From Acaryochloris thomasi RCC1774 (GTDB taxonomy: Bacteria; Cyanobacteriota; Cyanobacteriia; Thermosynechococcales; Thermosynechococcaceae), in NCBI RefSeq assembly GCF_003231495.1, contig NZ_PQWO01000027.1, positions 19,854 through 51,853 of the forward strand: a stretch of DNA of 32,000 nt. The letters are read 5' to 3'. The position numbers were made by a program, and so were the translations under genes. Under the pieces are notes generated by a model. The model made no database searches, was not told the DNA's origin, and saw only the letters and a list, made by a program, of their open reading frames with translations. Position 1 is the stretch's first letter, and the number at the start of each line of letters is the position of its first letter. This document shows, in pieces, positions 24,903 to 32,000 of this stretch.

Positions 24903-25025
24903 GGGGAAGTGTACTCAGAGTTGCGATCGCAGATAAAGGAGTTGTCTCTCAAGCAGACGGAAGAGTTGGGAGAGGCGCTGTTTTCGGAACAGGGTGATCT
25001 GTGGGAGTGGTTGGAGAGGAGTTAA
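24903..25025 (+). pseudogene. Orphan DUF4351 C-terminal remnant of a second Rpn-like gene
   Basis: GEVYSELRSQIKELSLKQTEELGEALFSEQGDLWEWLERS parallels the last ~45 aa of the 21960..22814 product, and the DNA is also similar. The upstream part of the same frame has no Rpn similarity. Confidence 0.6.
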
Positions 25026-26269
25026 CGTCGCAACTGCTTGCTCACCATCTTGCGGGAAAAGCTAATGTTCACCGATGCCTGCTCTGACCAATCCTGTACC
25101 AATCGGTAAAACAAGTTGCGATCGCCCGACTGCAGTACAGCCACTTGATCAGCGGTCTCAATCGTATAGGGATATCCACCCCCGATAATGACCTCGCCCC
25201 GGACATAGTTGAGGATGCGCTCAAAATGCCCCTCATCATAAATCCAGCGTGGGAACTCCAGACGCACGGGCGCATTGCCGTTGGTCTTCATATACAGGAA
25301 GGCAATCGCATCTGCCTGTTCTTCATATAGGCTCAAAATGCCCTGACTTCTGGCATCGCCTGTGCGATCGCAGATAAAGACTGGGGTGCGATCGCCCCAG
25401 TTCATCTCATTGCCCAGGAGCTGAGCATCGTTGAGGAGTGTTGTTTCTGGTAATACCTCCAGACATCTAAGCATCTGCACGATGTCGCAGGCTTGGGAGG
25501 TATCAATGTAGCCGACCACTGGGACTTTGTACTTCTCACTGGCTCTAAGTAGCGCGACTATTTGTTTGGCGTAGAAGAGCTTGCATTCAAAGTCGGAAGC
25601 TTCGGCAAAAGTGGCGACCAGTGAGCCATCAAAGAAAACTAGGCAATCATCACAGCTAGGATGACTCTCCATGAATTCAATGATGCGCTCTACTTCCATC
25701 TGAAAGCGCCGCATACTCACCTGACGATTGAGGGTGCGCTCGTTCTCTAGATCGAGTTGAGCGGGCGTCATCAGAGCCAAGCGATTGTCCTTTTGATATT
25801 CGCCTGTTTCTGAATGAGGGTTTGCAAACCAACCGATTTGCACCAAGGCGATAGGAGGAGAAACGTCTTTGCTAGGAAAGATTTGAGAGCCATCGACGGC
25901 AAAGGTGGTCACTCCTGTGAGGACATCTCGGACCCATTGCAAACTCCGTTCTCTGTTGGCCCACTTTAGCTTGGAGCGAATTAACCAGTTCTTTGACTCA
26001 CTAGGCGGTAGAGGTTCGAGGGGACGCGCACCAGGATGCTCGTAGTCTGTCAGGAGATTTGTTATGTCTGTATCGGTTTGGGCTGAGACCTTCTTGAGGG
26101 CACGGCGGTAGTCTCTGTAGATCTCGGAGGCGTTGCTAGAAAAGTCTGTAAATTCGGCTTGAGATTGTCCCAAAGCCTGCAGTAGTTCAGAGGGCTTGAG
26201 CGGCATGGCTGCGGTTTCCCTGGGAGTTGCTCCTGCTGGAAGTATTGCAGGTACCAGCTTTAATGGCAA
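25022..26269 (-). CDS. NurA-domain-like nuclease
   Basis: 415 aa. FAVDGSQIFP, VFFDGSLV, GYIDTS and GGGYPYTIETADQVAVL resemble NurA motifs (DGS, DGSL, YPY..AD..A). The track start at 26269 is TTG; the in-frame ATG at 26206 is more likely. No HerA-like ATPase is adjacent. Confidence 0.5.
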   Translation of the reverse strand: MPLKLVPAILPAGATPRETAAMPLKPSELLQALGQSQAEFTDFSSNASEIYRDYRRALKKVSAQTDTDITNLLTDYEHPGARPLEPLPPSESKNWLIRSKLKWANRERSLQWVRDVLTGVTTFAVDGSQIFPSKDVSPPIALVQIGWFANPHSETGEYQKDNRLALMTPAQLDLENERTLNRQVSMRRFQMEVERIIEFMESHPSCDDCLVFFDGSLVATFAEASDFECKLFYAKQIVALLRASEKYKVPVVGYIDTSQACDIVQMLRCLEVLPETTLLNDAQLLGNEMNWGDRTPVFICDRTGDARSQGILSLYEEQADAIAFLYMKTNGNAPVRLEFPRWIYDEGHFERILNYVRGEVIIGGGYPYTIETADQVAVLQSGDRNLFYRLVQDWSEQASVNISFSRKMVSKQLRR

Positions 26270-26388
26270 CTAGGGCGAATTGGGTTGCGATGGCCCCTGG
26301 CCTGCCTTCGGCAATCGCTTTGGATTGTCTTATTGCTTGTTGGGTGAAGCGAGGATAAAGTCTGACCAGCTACTTGTCCGACCTATTT

Positions 26389-26790
26389 CTAACAATCTTG
26401 CAAAACAATTGGCTCACTCACTAATCTGACTGTTCCATCCCCATTGGATTTCCAACCAGTGAAAGGCTTGAATTCTTCTAGCTCACCTGTAACTGGGTCT
26501 CTGATCATTGGTGGTTTGCCTGGGTTGTTCTTTCGGAAAGCGCGCATGTGTTTTTGAATCGGTGTGTCACCTGGGCAGGCACCCTCTTCGATTTCATTCC
26601 GTATTTCAGGTGTTTTGAAGATTCTGGAGTTGTTAACCTTTGGAGGATTTTCAGGAAATTGGACGCCGTTTTGAAGCGTTTCACGCTCTTGTGGAGTTAG
26701 TTGAGCGTTTGCGACAAGAGGAAGCACCAAGTTTAAGGAGATCATTCCTAAACAAGCTATTCTGTCGATTTTCATGAGCACCAATCGCAT
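26389..26790 (-). CDS. Secreted hypothetical protein (signal peptide)
   Basis: 133 aa. The hydrophobic N-terminus ends ..LPLVANAQ. ATGs at 26790 and 26775 are both possible starts. Confidence 0.45.
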   Translation of the reverse strand: MRLVLMKIDRIACLGMISLNLVLPLVANAQLTPQERETLQNGVQFPENPPKVNNSRIFKTPEIRNEIEEGACPGDTPIQKHMRAFRKNNPGKPPMIRDPVTGELEEFKPFTGWKSNGDGTVRLVSEPIVLQDC

Positions 26791-26861
26791 CTACAAGCAT
26801 AGGCTACCGCTCTTTTTCTCTCCCCACAAGCTTCGATAAAGGTCGTCTTAGGATCCCTAGG

Positions 26862-26899
26862 CTTTACACTTCGCAACACGATCTTTACACGACTTTACT
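26862..26899. repeat. Iteron-like direct repeats CTTTACAC / CTTTACAC / CTTTACT
   Basis: Copies start at 26862, 26883 and 26893, giving spacings of 21 and 10 bp. They lie ~400 bp upstream of the Rep-like ORF. Confidence 0.4.
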
Positions 26900-27083
26900 A
26901 AAAACCCCTGTTTTGCCCCCAATTTTGGATGATCAGGTCGGTCTCCCTATACTTCATTGGAGGGGTGCGTCTGGCTATGGATCCTGTGATCTTTTGTTTC
27001 AAACCCTTTGCCAATGGGGGCTAGAGGCGTACACTTAATCGGTAATTGAGCAAATCTATCTGGAGGAACCAAGAACGGTCTTT

Positions 27084-27118
27084 AAAACCTAAAAAACCCG
27101 AGGGTGGAATCTCAGGTT
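27084..27118 (-). terminator. Minus-strand intrinsic terminator
   Basis: On the minus strand the sequence reads AACCUGAG-auuccacc-CUCGGGUU followed by UUUUAGGUUUUAAA. The stem is 8 bp including one G-U pair. No annotated minus-strand gene lies upstream of it. Confidence 0.5.
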
Positions 27119-27272
27119 CTTAGGAAATTTATTTAGCGGAGTCGCGGGAACTAACTAAAGCTTGATCGGCAGGTGTTAGAAACCCCATTGGTTGTTCGCT
27201 CATTTTAAGCTGCCTACACGTAAAAGTGCAACTCAGCTTTAATTTGTCTTAACGAACGACTCTCAATCGACC

Positions 27273-27297
27273 TCGCTCCCATCACCGATAGGAGCAA
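27273..27297 (+). promoter_or_regulatory. SD-containing hairpin upstream of the Rep-like ORF
   Basis: TCGCTCCCATC-acc-GATAGGAGCAA forms 9 of 11 pairs. The 17-mer CCGATAGGAGCAAGAAT (27285-27301) is identical to 17758-17774 upstream of the transposase. Confidence 0.4.
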
Positions 27298-27301
27298 GAA
27301 T

Positions 27302-28345
27302 ATGAAAGCCTTTGCCCGCGTCACCGATGTGCATGACGCGATCTTACTTACGTTGACCCCCTGTGCCGGTCAGCTCTACCGCTGGCTGCTGCGGAAGATA
27401 CCTGCAGGAAAGCCCCAGGAGCTAGAGCTAGGAGACTTCGCCCAATGGTCTAGCGGCCACCGTCGTCGCCCGTACTGCATCCGACATATTCAGAGAGCAG
27501 TGCAGGAACTACTGAGCGTTGGCCTGATAGATGTCGTTAAGCAATACAGCACTCGTATCTTTAAGCTCATCTGCTTTCACCCAGAGGCTGCAGAGATAGC
27601 ACCTGTAGAGCAGCAGTTAACGCTGGAAAAGCAACTCAGCGCCAGTGACAAAAAAGTACAGGTTCTGGATCAAAAAGTCCCAGCCGTGACAAAAATGTCC
27701 AAAATAGAGCACTCAAATGCTTATGCTGCCGTACCCTCTTATAGAGAAGAAAAGAGAACAGCAGATACACCCACCTCACTCCACCCTGTTTCATGGAGTG
27801 ACAAGGAAGGTATGGCTAACTCTCCCCTAAGCCCCAATATGCAAAATCCAACACCCCAAAAACCTGGAACAGATTCCCCAACAGATCCCAATTCTCAGAA
27901 CGTGCCGCTAAACTCCGAACAAAGAATAATAGGCCCAGAGCTAAAGGCTGAGGTCGAAGAAGTGATCGCACAACCGCTTAACCAAAACATCCGCAGGACA
28001 GTAGTATCTGCTACCGTCGATGTCGTTCGTGATGCCCTGGCTGTCGTGCGCCAGCAAAAGCAGGCGGGGAAGGTGAAACGGCCTGCTGGGATGCTGGTCA
28101 AAGCCATTCAGCAGAAGTGGAATCCTAACCCGGTCGAGGAGTCTGGGAGTCTGGTGCCTGATGGTTTTAATGAATGGTTTGAGCTGGCTAGGGAGAAAGG
28201 GATTGTGTCAGCCTCGATGTTTATGGATGGGCAGATGTGCGTCTGTACGAATCCTGAGGTAGGCGACTGGCAACCCTGGACTGAGCTGGCGTTTGCGTTC
28301 ACCATCCGACAGCTTAAACGACTGGGGGCTGTACCACTGGTGTAG
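27302..28345 (+). CDS. Hypothetical protein, winged-helix Rep-like (putative replication initiator or DNA-binding protein)
   Basis: 347 aa. The N-terminus LTLTPCAGQLYRWLLRKIPAGKPQELELGDFAQW...RPYCIRHIQRAVQELLSVGLIDVVKQY looks like a winged-helix (wHTH) domain. This is followed by a Pro/Ser/Asn-rich linker and a C-terminal GKVKRPAGMLVKAIQQKWNP motif. The assignment is an inference only. Confidence 0.35.
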   Translation: MKAFARVTDVHDAILLTLTPCAGQLYRWLLRKIPAGKPQELELGDFAQWSSGHRRRPYCIRHIQRAVQELLSVGLIDVVKQYSTRIFKLICFHPEAAEIAPVEQQLTLEKQLSASDKKVQVLDQKVPAVTKMSKIEHSNAYAAVPSYREEKRTADTPTSLHPVSWSDKEGMANSPLSPNMQNPTPQKPGTDSPTDPNSQNVPLNSEQRIIGPELKAEVEEVIAQPLNQNIRRTVVSATVDVVRDALAVVRQQKQAGKVKRPAGMLVKAIQQKWNPNPVEESGSLVPDGFNEWFELAREKGIVSASMFMDGQMCVCTNPEVGDWQPWTELAFAFTIRQLKRLGAVPLV

Positions 28346-28380
28346 CTTAGAGCTAGAGTTGATGCTCGATTCTTTGGTTT

Positions 28381-29730
28381 ATGATTGAAAAAATTAATTC
28401 CCATGACAGCTCCACTATTCCAGAGGGAGTTAGCGGTTTAACTGCTATCCGGCAACTCGTTGATTTTTGTCGGAATCCTATTGATTACTCCGTTTGGTCT
28501 GCAAATGAGTATGGAGATGCTGCTCGAATTAAAATTGCTTCAACTCAAATCTATCTACTAAATCATCCTGATTTTATTGCCGAAGTCCTAAATCAGAAAA
28601 ATAAGTGCTTCATTAAAGACGTTAGTTATCGAATGTTAGCCAGATTGCTGGGGGATAGCTTATTGCTCAGTGACGGTGAGCAGTGGAAAAGACACAGACG
28701 GATGATGCAACCTGCGTTTACTCAAGAGAGGATTGCTGAATATGCTGCGACTGTAATTGAAGAGACAAACCAACTTCTGAGCAATTGGAAGATTGGAGGG
28801 AAATTTAATCTCCATCAAGTTGTCAGCCAGCTAACGATCAAAATAATTACTAATGTGCTCTTCGGGAGTAGCCTAAGCGCGGCTTCTGTGAGTATTGGCA
28901 AAGCTTTAGATGCGATTATTTTGCAGTACTACCATCAAGCACAGACAGGTTTTTTAGTACCGTCTTGGTTTCCTACGCCTAGCAACCGTAAAGCTTCCTC
29001 TGCTATTAAGTATCTAAATGAAATTGTTGAAAATACTATCAATCAACGCTACCAATCCAGCCATGATGATCTATTCTCGGTTCTTCTAGGGACACAGGAT
29101 GGTGACAGTCCGTTCTCTGTCGGTGAACTGCGTGGTGAGGTGATGACGCTATTGCTAGCAGGACATGAAACAACAGCTAGTGCATTGGCTTGGGCACTAA
29201 TGTTGCTCGCTCAGCACCCAAAAATAGCAAATAAATTGAGAGCAGAAGCCCAAGCCGCTTTTGGTCAATGCCTACCCAATATCAATGACCTTGAAAAGTT
29301 GCCCTATACTCAGATGGTTCTCAAAGAATCAATGCGGCTTTATCCTCCTGCTTGGGCTTTGAGTCGTGAAGTAGCAGAAGATTGTCAGATTGGCCCCTAT
29401 TTCCTGACAAAAGGTACAACGGTCTATTTCAGTCAGTGGGTTGTACATCGCGACAAGCGGTTTTTTGACAACCCAGGACAGTTTCGACCGGAGCGATGGA
29501 ATGAGCGCTTCGAAAAGCATCTGCCTCCTGGGGCCTATTTCCCCTTTGGGGCAGGGCCAAGAGTATGTATCGGACAGGCTTTTTCAATGATGGAGGCGAC
29601 TCTGATTCTAGCTATGATTTCGCAAAAATTTAGTTTGGGATTGGTTCCTAATCAATCTATTGAGTTACTCCCTTCCATTACCCTGCGGCCAAAAAATGGC
29701 ATCAATATGTTTGTTGATGCATCATTCTAG
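28381..29730 (+). CDS. Cytochrome P450
   Basis: 449 aa. It has the I-helix AGHETT, the ExxR motif (ESMRLYPP) and the heme-Cys loop FGAGPRVCIGQAF. Confidence 0.9.
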   Translation: MIEKINSHDSSTIPEGVSGLTAIRQLVDFCRNPIDYSVWSANEYGDAARIKIASTQIYLLNHPDFIAEVLNQKNKCFIKDVSYRMLARLLGDSLLLSDGEQWKRHRRMMQPAFTQERIAEYAATVIEETNQLLSNWKIGGKFNLHQVVSQLTIKIITNVLFGSSLSAASVSIGKALDAIILQYYHQAQTGFLVPSWFPTPSNRKASSAIKYLNEIVENTINQRYQSSHDDLFSVLLGTQDGDSPFSVGELRGEVMTLLLAGHETTASALAWALMLLAQHPKIANKLRAEAQAAFGQCLPNINDLEKLPYTQMVLKESMRLYPPAWALSREVAEDCQIGPYFLTKGTTVYFSQWVVHRDKRFFDNPGQFRPERWNERFEKHLPPGAYFPFGAGPRVCIGQAFSMMEATLILAMISQKFSLGLVPNQSIELLPSITLRPKNGINMFVDASF

Positions 29731-30056
29731 GTCTGCTGCCTTCAATAACATGAAAAACTATACCAATCTGACCTGATCTTGGACACTATCTTTACTTAAA
29801 TTCTTGAACCACGAGGCTTTCAAGCTAATCCTTCTCTAAAATGAGCTTGAATTGGCGTACCTAATTTAGTTCGTTGAAATTGAGTAATCTCATCAGGTTA
29901 TGTATACAGCAATACAAAACCTGTTGAAACTTGTTCGTAGAGGACTTGAGAAATATCGCAAAACTTTAGACAGCTAATATATTCTCTTTATGTCTGAAAA
30001 TCACTGTATATTAAGTCAATATACACATTATATAACTGTTTCCTTAACTTGTAAGA

Positions 30057-31130
30057 GTGGTAATGGAGAGGTTAATGAACAATAGAAATGAATATACTCT
30101 GTATTCTCCAAGGTATTCATTGAGTGAAAGAGCAAAGCAAACATCATCAATATTAAGAGCGAGTTCAGTTGTTGCTTATCATTTGTTAAGAGGCTCCAAG
30201 GAAAAGTTTGCTGCATCAGTTGAAATAACGGACAAATGCAATGCAGGATGTAGTTTCTGTTATGTATATCCATCTGAATGGGATCAAAATGAAAGGCTTG
30301 GAGGATACCTCCAATTATCTCCTAGTGAGCACAAACTTAAGGAGAAAAATGTCTATGAAACTTTAAGAAGGCTAAAGAGTAGAGGCGTCGTTCATGTAAC
30401 ATTAGTTGGTGGAGAGACTGCGCTTGCACCTAAGGCTATTCGTCTAGCATCAAAATTATTCCCTGTCGTTTGGGTAGTAACAAATGGAGTAGTGAAGCTT
30501 CCAAGATTGCCTAACTCAGTCACTGTCTTTGTTAGTATCGATGGCCCTCCAGATTATCATAATAAATCTAGAGATCCCAAAGGATTTTACAAAAACTATT
30601 CCTACAATAATCTACAGGGAATGAGTGCAAATATTGTCCGTAATATTAATGAATCTGAAAGAGGAGCATATGTTCATATTACCCTCTCAAAGCCAGTTAT
30701 TAAAAAGTTTTCTGATACTGTTGATTGGTTGGTAAAGGATGTTAGGAAATTACGTGGAATCATAGTATCAGGCACAGCAACTAAAGATTTTGAGGATCCT
30801 TGCACTTTTTCCATTGAGGATCGCAAGGATTTGAAGAAATTAATTGAAAGTGCTGCAGAGAAATATGGATGGAAATTATTTCCATTTAACCAGCCGAAAG
30901 TTAATGAACGCCTTTTTGATGAAAAGTATATTATAAGTAATTCATCGAGTTGCTCTGTTGCGCAGCGAGTAGAGAGCCTTAACTATGATGGTAGTAATGT
31001 CGGTAAATGTGTATTGAGAGATGATACTTTATGTGAAACATGTGTCTGCAATATTTCCGGTTTAGCGCAGGCTATTAATCTGGTTGATATAAGAACAATA
31101 TCGGGAGTTTTGCGTGCGACTTATGGCTAG
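30057..31130 (+). CDS. Radical SAM protein with a C-terminal SPASM/twitch-like Cys cluster
   Basis: 357 aa. It has CNAGCSFCY (CxxxCxxC), the LVGGETAL GGE-like motif, and C-terminal CSVAQRVESLNYDGSNVGKC followed by CETCVC. Possible starts are GTG 30057, ATG 30063 and ATG 30075. Confidence 0.85.
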   Translation: MVMERLMNNRNEYTLYSPRYSLSERAKQTSSILRASSVVAYHLLRGSKEKFAASVEITDKCNAGCSFCYVYPSEWDQNERLGGYLQLSPSEHKLKEKNVYETLRRLKSRGVVHVTLVGGETALAPKAIRLASKLFPVVWVVTNGVVKLPRLPNSVTVFVSIDGPPDYHNKSRDPKGFYKNYSYNNLQGMSANIVRNINESERGAYVHITLSKPVIKKFSDTVDWLVKDVRKLRGIIVSGTATKDFEDPCTFSIEDRKDLKKLIESAAEKYGWKLFPFNQPKVNERLFDEKYIISNSSSCSVAQRVESLNYDGSNVGKCVLRDDTLCETCVCNISGLAQAINLVDIRTISGVLRATYG

Positions 31131-31920
31131 CTATAGAAATGAGTCTTTGCGGATATACCGTAGAATTTTCTGTCTTTTGACTTTCCATATTTCTACTCTA
31201 ATTATTTCTCCAGCTTCGGCCCAGATTGTTCCTGATTCTACGCTTGGAAATAATTCGTCGATCGTGCAGAAACGTCAGAATACTAATGGGAATTCATCTT
31301 CTCTTATCACGGGTGGAAGTAGAAGTGGCTCAAATCTTCTACATAGTTTTAATGAATTTAATGTTGGGGAGGGGCAGTCTGTATTTTTTGATAACCCGTC
31401 AGCGATAAACACAATTATTTCTAGAGTGACAGGAAATAATACAACACGAATTTTAGGCTTGTTGGGTGTACGGGGGACAGCTAGACTATTTTTGCTAAAT
31501 TCTAATGGTATTTTCTTTGGTTCCAATGCAGCAATTAGTTTGAACAATTCTTTTTTAGTTAGTACAGCTAATAGAATTGGATTTCTGGATGATTCATCTT
31601 TATTTACAAGACCACCCTTAAATAGTACTGAAGTATTAAGTCGTAGTCGTCCTTCTAGACTTATCTTTGACTCTAGAACGGGACCTATTAGGGTTAAGGG
31701 CTTAGGCAATAATCTTTCTGATCTTGCCGTAATGCCTATTGATAATCCTATTATCTTTCCTTTTGGGCTTTCGGTATCTCCAGATAGTACTATTGCTTTG
31801 ATTGGAGGTAACGTAGAGTTTGATAGTGGTGTCCTGAGGTCATTTGGTGGAAATATTGAGATTGGAGGTGTTCGGGGTCATGCCGACATACGCCTAATTT
31901 TTCTCACAGGATCCCTGTAA
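31123..31920 (+). CDS. Filamentous-hemagglutinin N-terminal (TPS/haemagg_act) domain protein, unusually short
   Basis: A signal peptide (..ISPASAQ) is followed by IVPDSTLGNNSSIV...ITGGSRSGSNLLHSFNEFNV..GQSVFFDNP..INTIISRVTG...LFLLNSNGIFFG. The ATG at 31123 overlaps the radical SAM stop (ATGGCTAG). The ORF stops at 31920, about 265 aa. Confidence 0.8.
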   Translation: MASYRNESLRIYRRIFCLLTFHISTLIISPASAQIVPDSTLGNNSSIVQKRQNTNGNSSSLITGGSRSGSNLLHSFNEFNVGEGQSVFFDNPSAINTIISRVTGNNTTRILGLLGVRGTARLFLLNSNGIFFGSNAAISLNNSFLVSTANRIGFLDDSSLFTRPPLNSTEVLSRSRPSRLIFDSRTGPIRVKGLGNNLSDLAVMPIDNPIIFPFGLSVSPDSTIALIGGNVEFDSGVLRSFGGNIEIGGVRGHADIRLIFLTGSL

Positions 31921-32000
31921 GCCTTCTATCGCAATGCATTAACGATTTTAAATCTACTCTACACATCAGAGACCTTAGCTTTCGGACTTACGTACCACTC

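Noticed and set aside
25069-25330. Small ORFs inside the NurA-like gene. Similar small ORFs lie inside clpC (14164-16280), the P450 gene and the TPS gene.
   Set aside because: All lie within, or antisense to, longer motif-supported CDSs and have no independent support.
1-32000. CRISPR arrays, tRNA/tmRNA genes (possible att sites for the recombinase) and rRNA.
   Set aside because: I saw no regularly spaced direct repeats. No T-loop (GGTTCGAATCC-like) sequence occurs in a tRNA context, and there are no rRNA-like stretches on either strand.

Overview
The window looks cyanobacterial, because the GCGATCGC (HIP1) octamer is frequent. It reads as a plasmid-like or accessory mosaic rather than core chromosome.

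Left to right, the content is:
- **Recombinase (11-2263, minus):** a tyrosine recombinase fused to a pRiA4b-ORF3-like domain.
- **HicAB-led operon (2365-4486):** six tightly packed plus-strand ORFs. They are hicA, hicB, a Cys-rich ORF, an ScpA-like kleisin, a small ORF with a Cys-His-Asp (transglutaminase/papain-like) pattern, and a second diverged copy of the kleisin C-terminal winged helix.
- **Metabolic genes:** an SDR, a DUF2993-like ORF, a peptidase S51, a DUF1611 plus PLP-racemase pair, a pentapeptide-repeat protein and a Delta9-type desaturase.
- **ClpC region:** a divergent ClpC paralog flanked by tiny Lys/Gln/Glu-rich ORFs, followed by an RRM-type Rbp.
- **IS and RNA-nuclease region:** an IS4/IS5-type transposase, a HigA without HigB, and an RNB exoribonuclease that lacks CSD/S1 domains and ends in two dsRBD-like modules.
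- **DNA-associated genes:** DUF2949-like, an Rpn/YhgA-like nuclease plus an orphan DUF4351 remnant, a Lys/Ala/Pro-rich protein with two HARE-HTH-like modules, a SepF-core-only protein and a NurA-like nuclease.
- **Candidate replication module:** iteron-like repeats, a minus-strand intrinsic terminator, a hairpin that sequesters the Shine-Dalgarno (SD) sequence, and a winged-helix Rep-like ORF.
- **HIP1-free AT-rich island (from about 28.4 kb):** P450, a radical SAM enzyme with a SPASM/twitch-like Cys cluster, and a short TPS-domain (FhaB N-terminus) ORF.

I found no rRNA, tRNA or CRISPR array. My best candidate for an undescribed system is the HicAB-headed operon with the orphan kleisin at 2.3-4.5 kb. 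Runners-up are the RNB-dsRBD nuclease locus and the radical SAM/TPS island.

All family calls rest on motif recognition by eye and need profile or structure searches.
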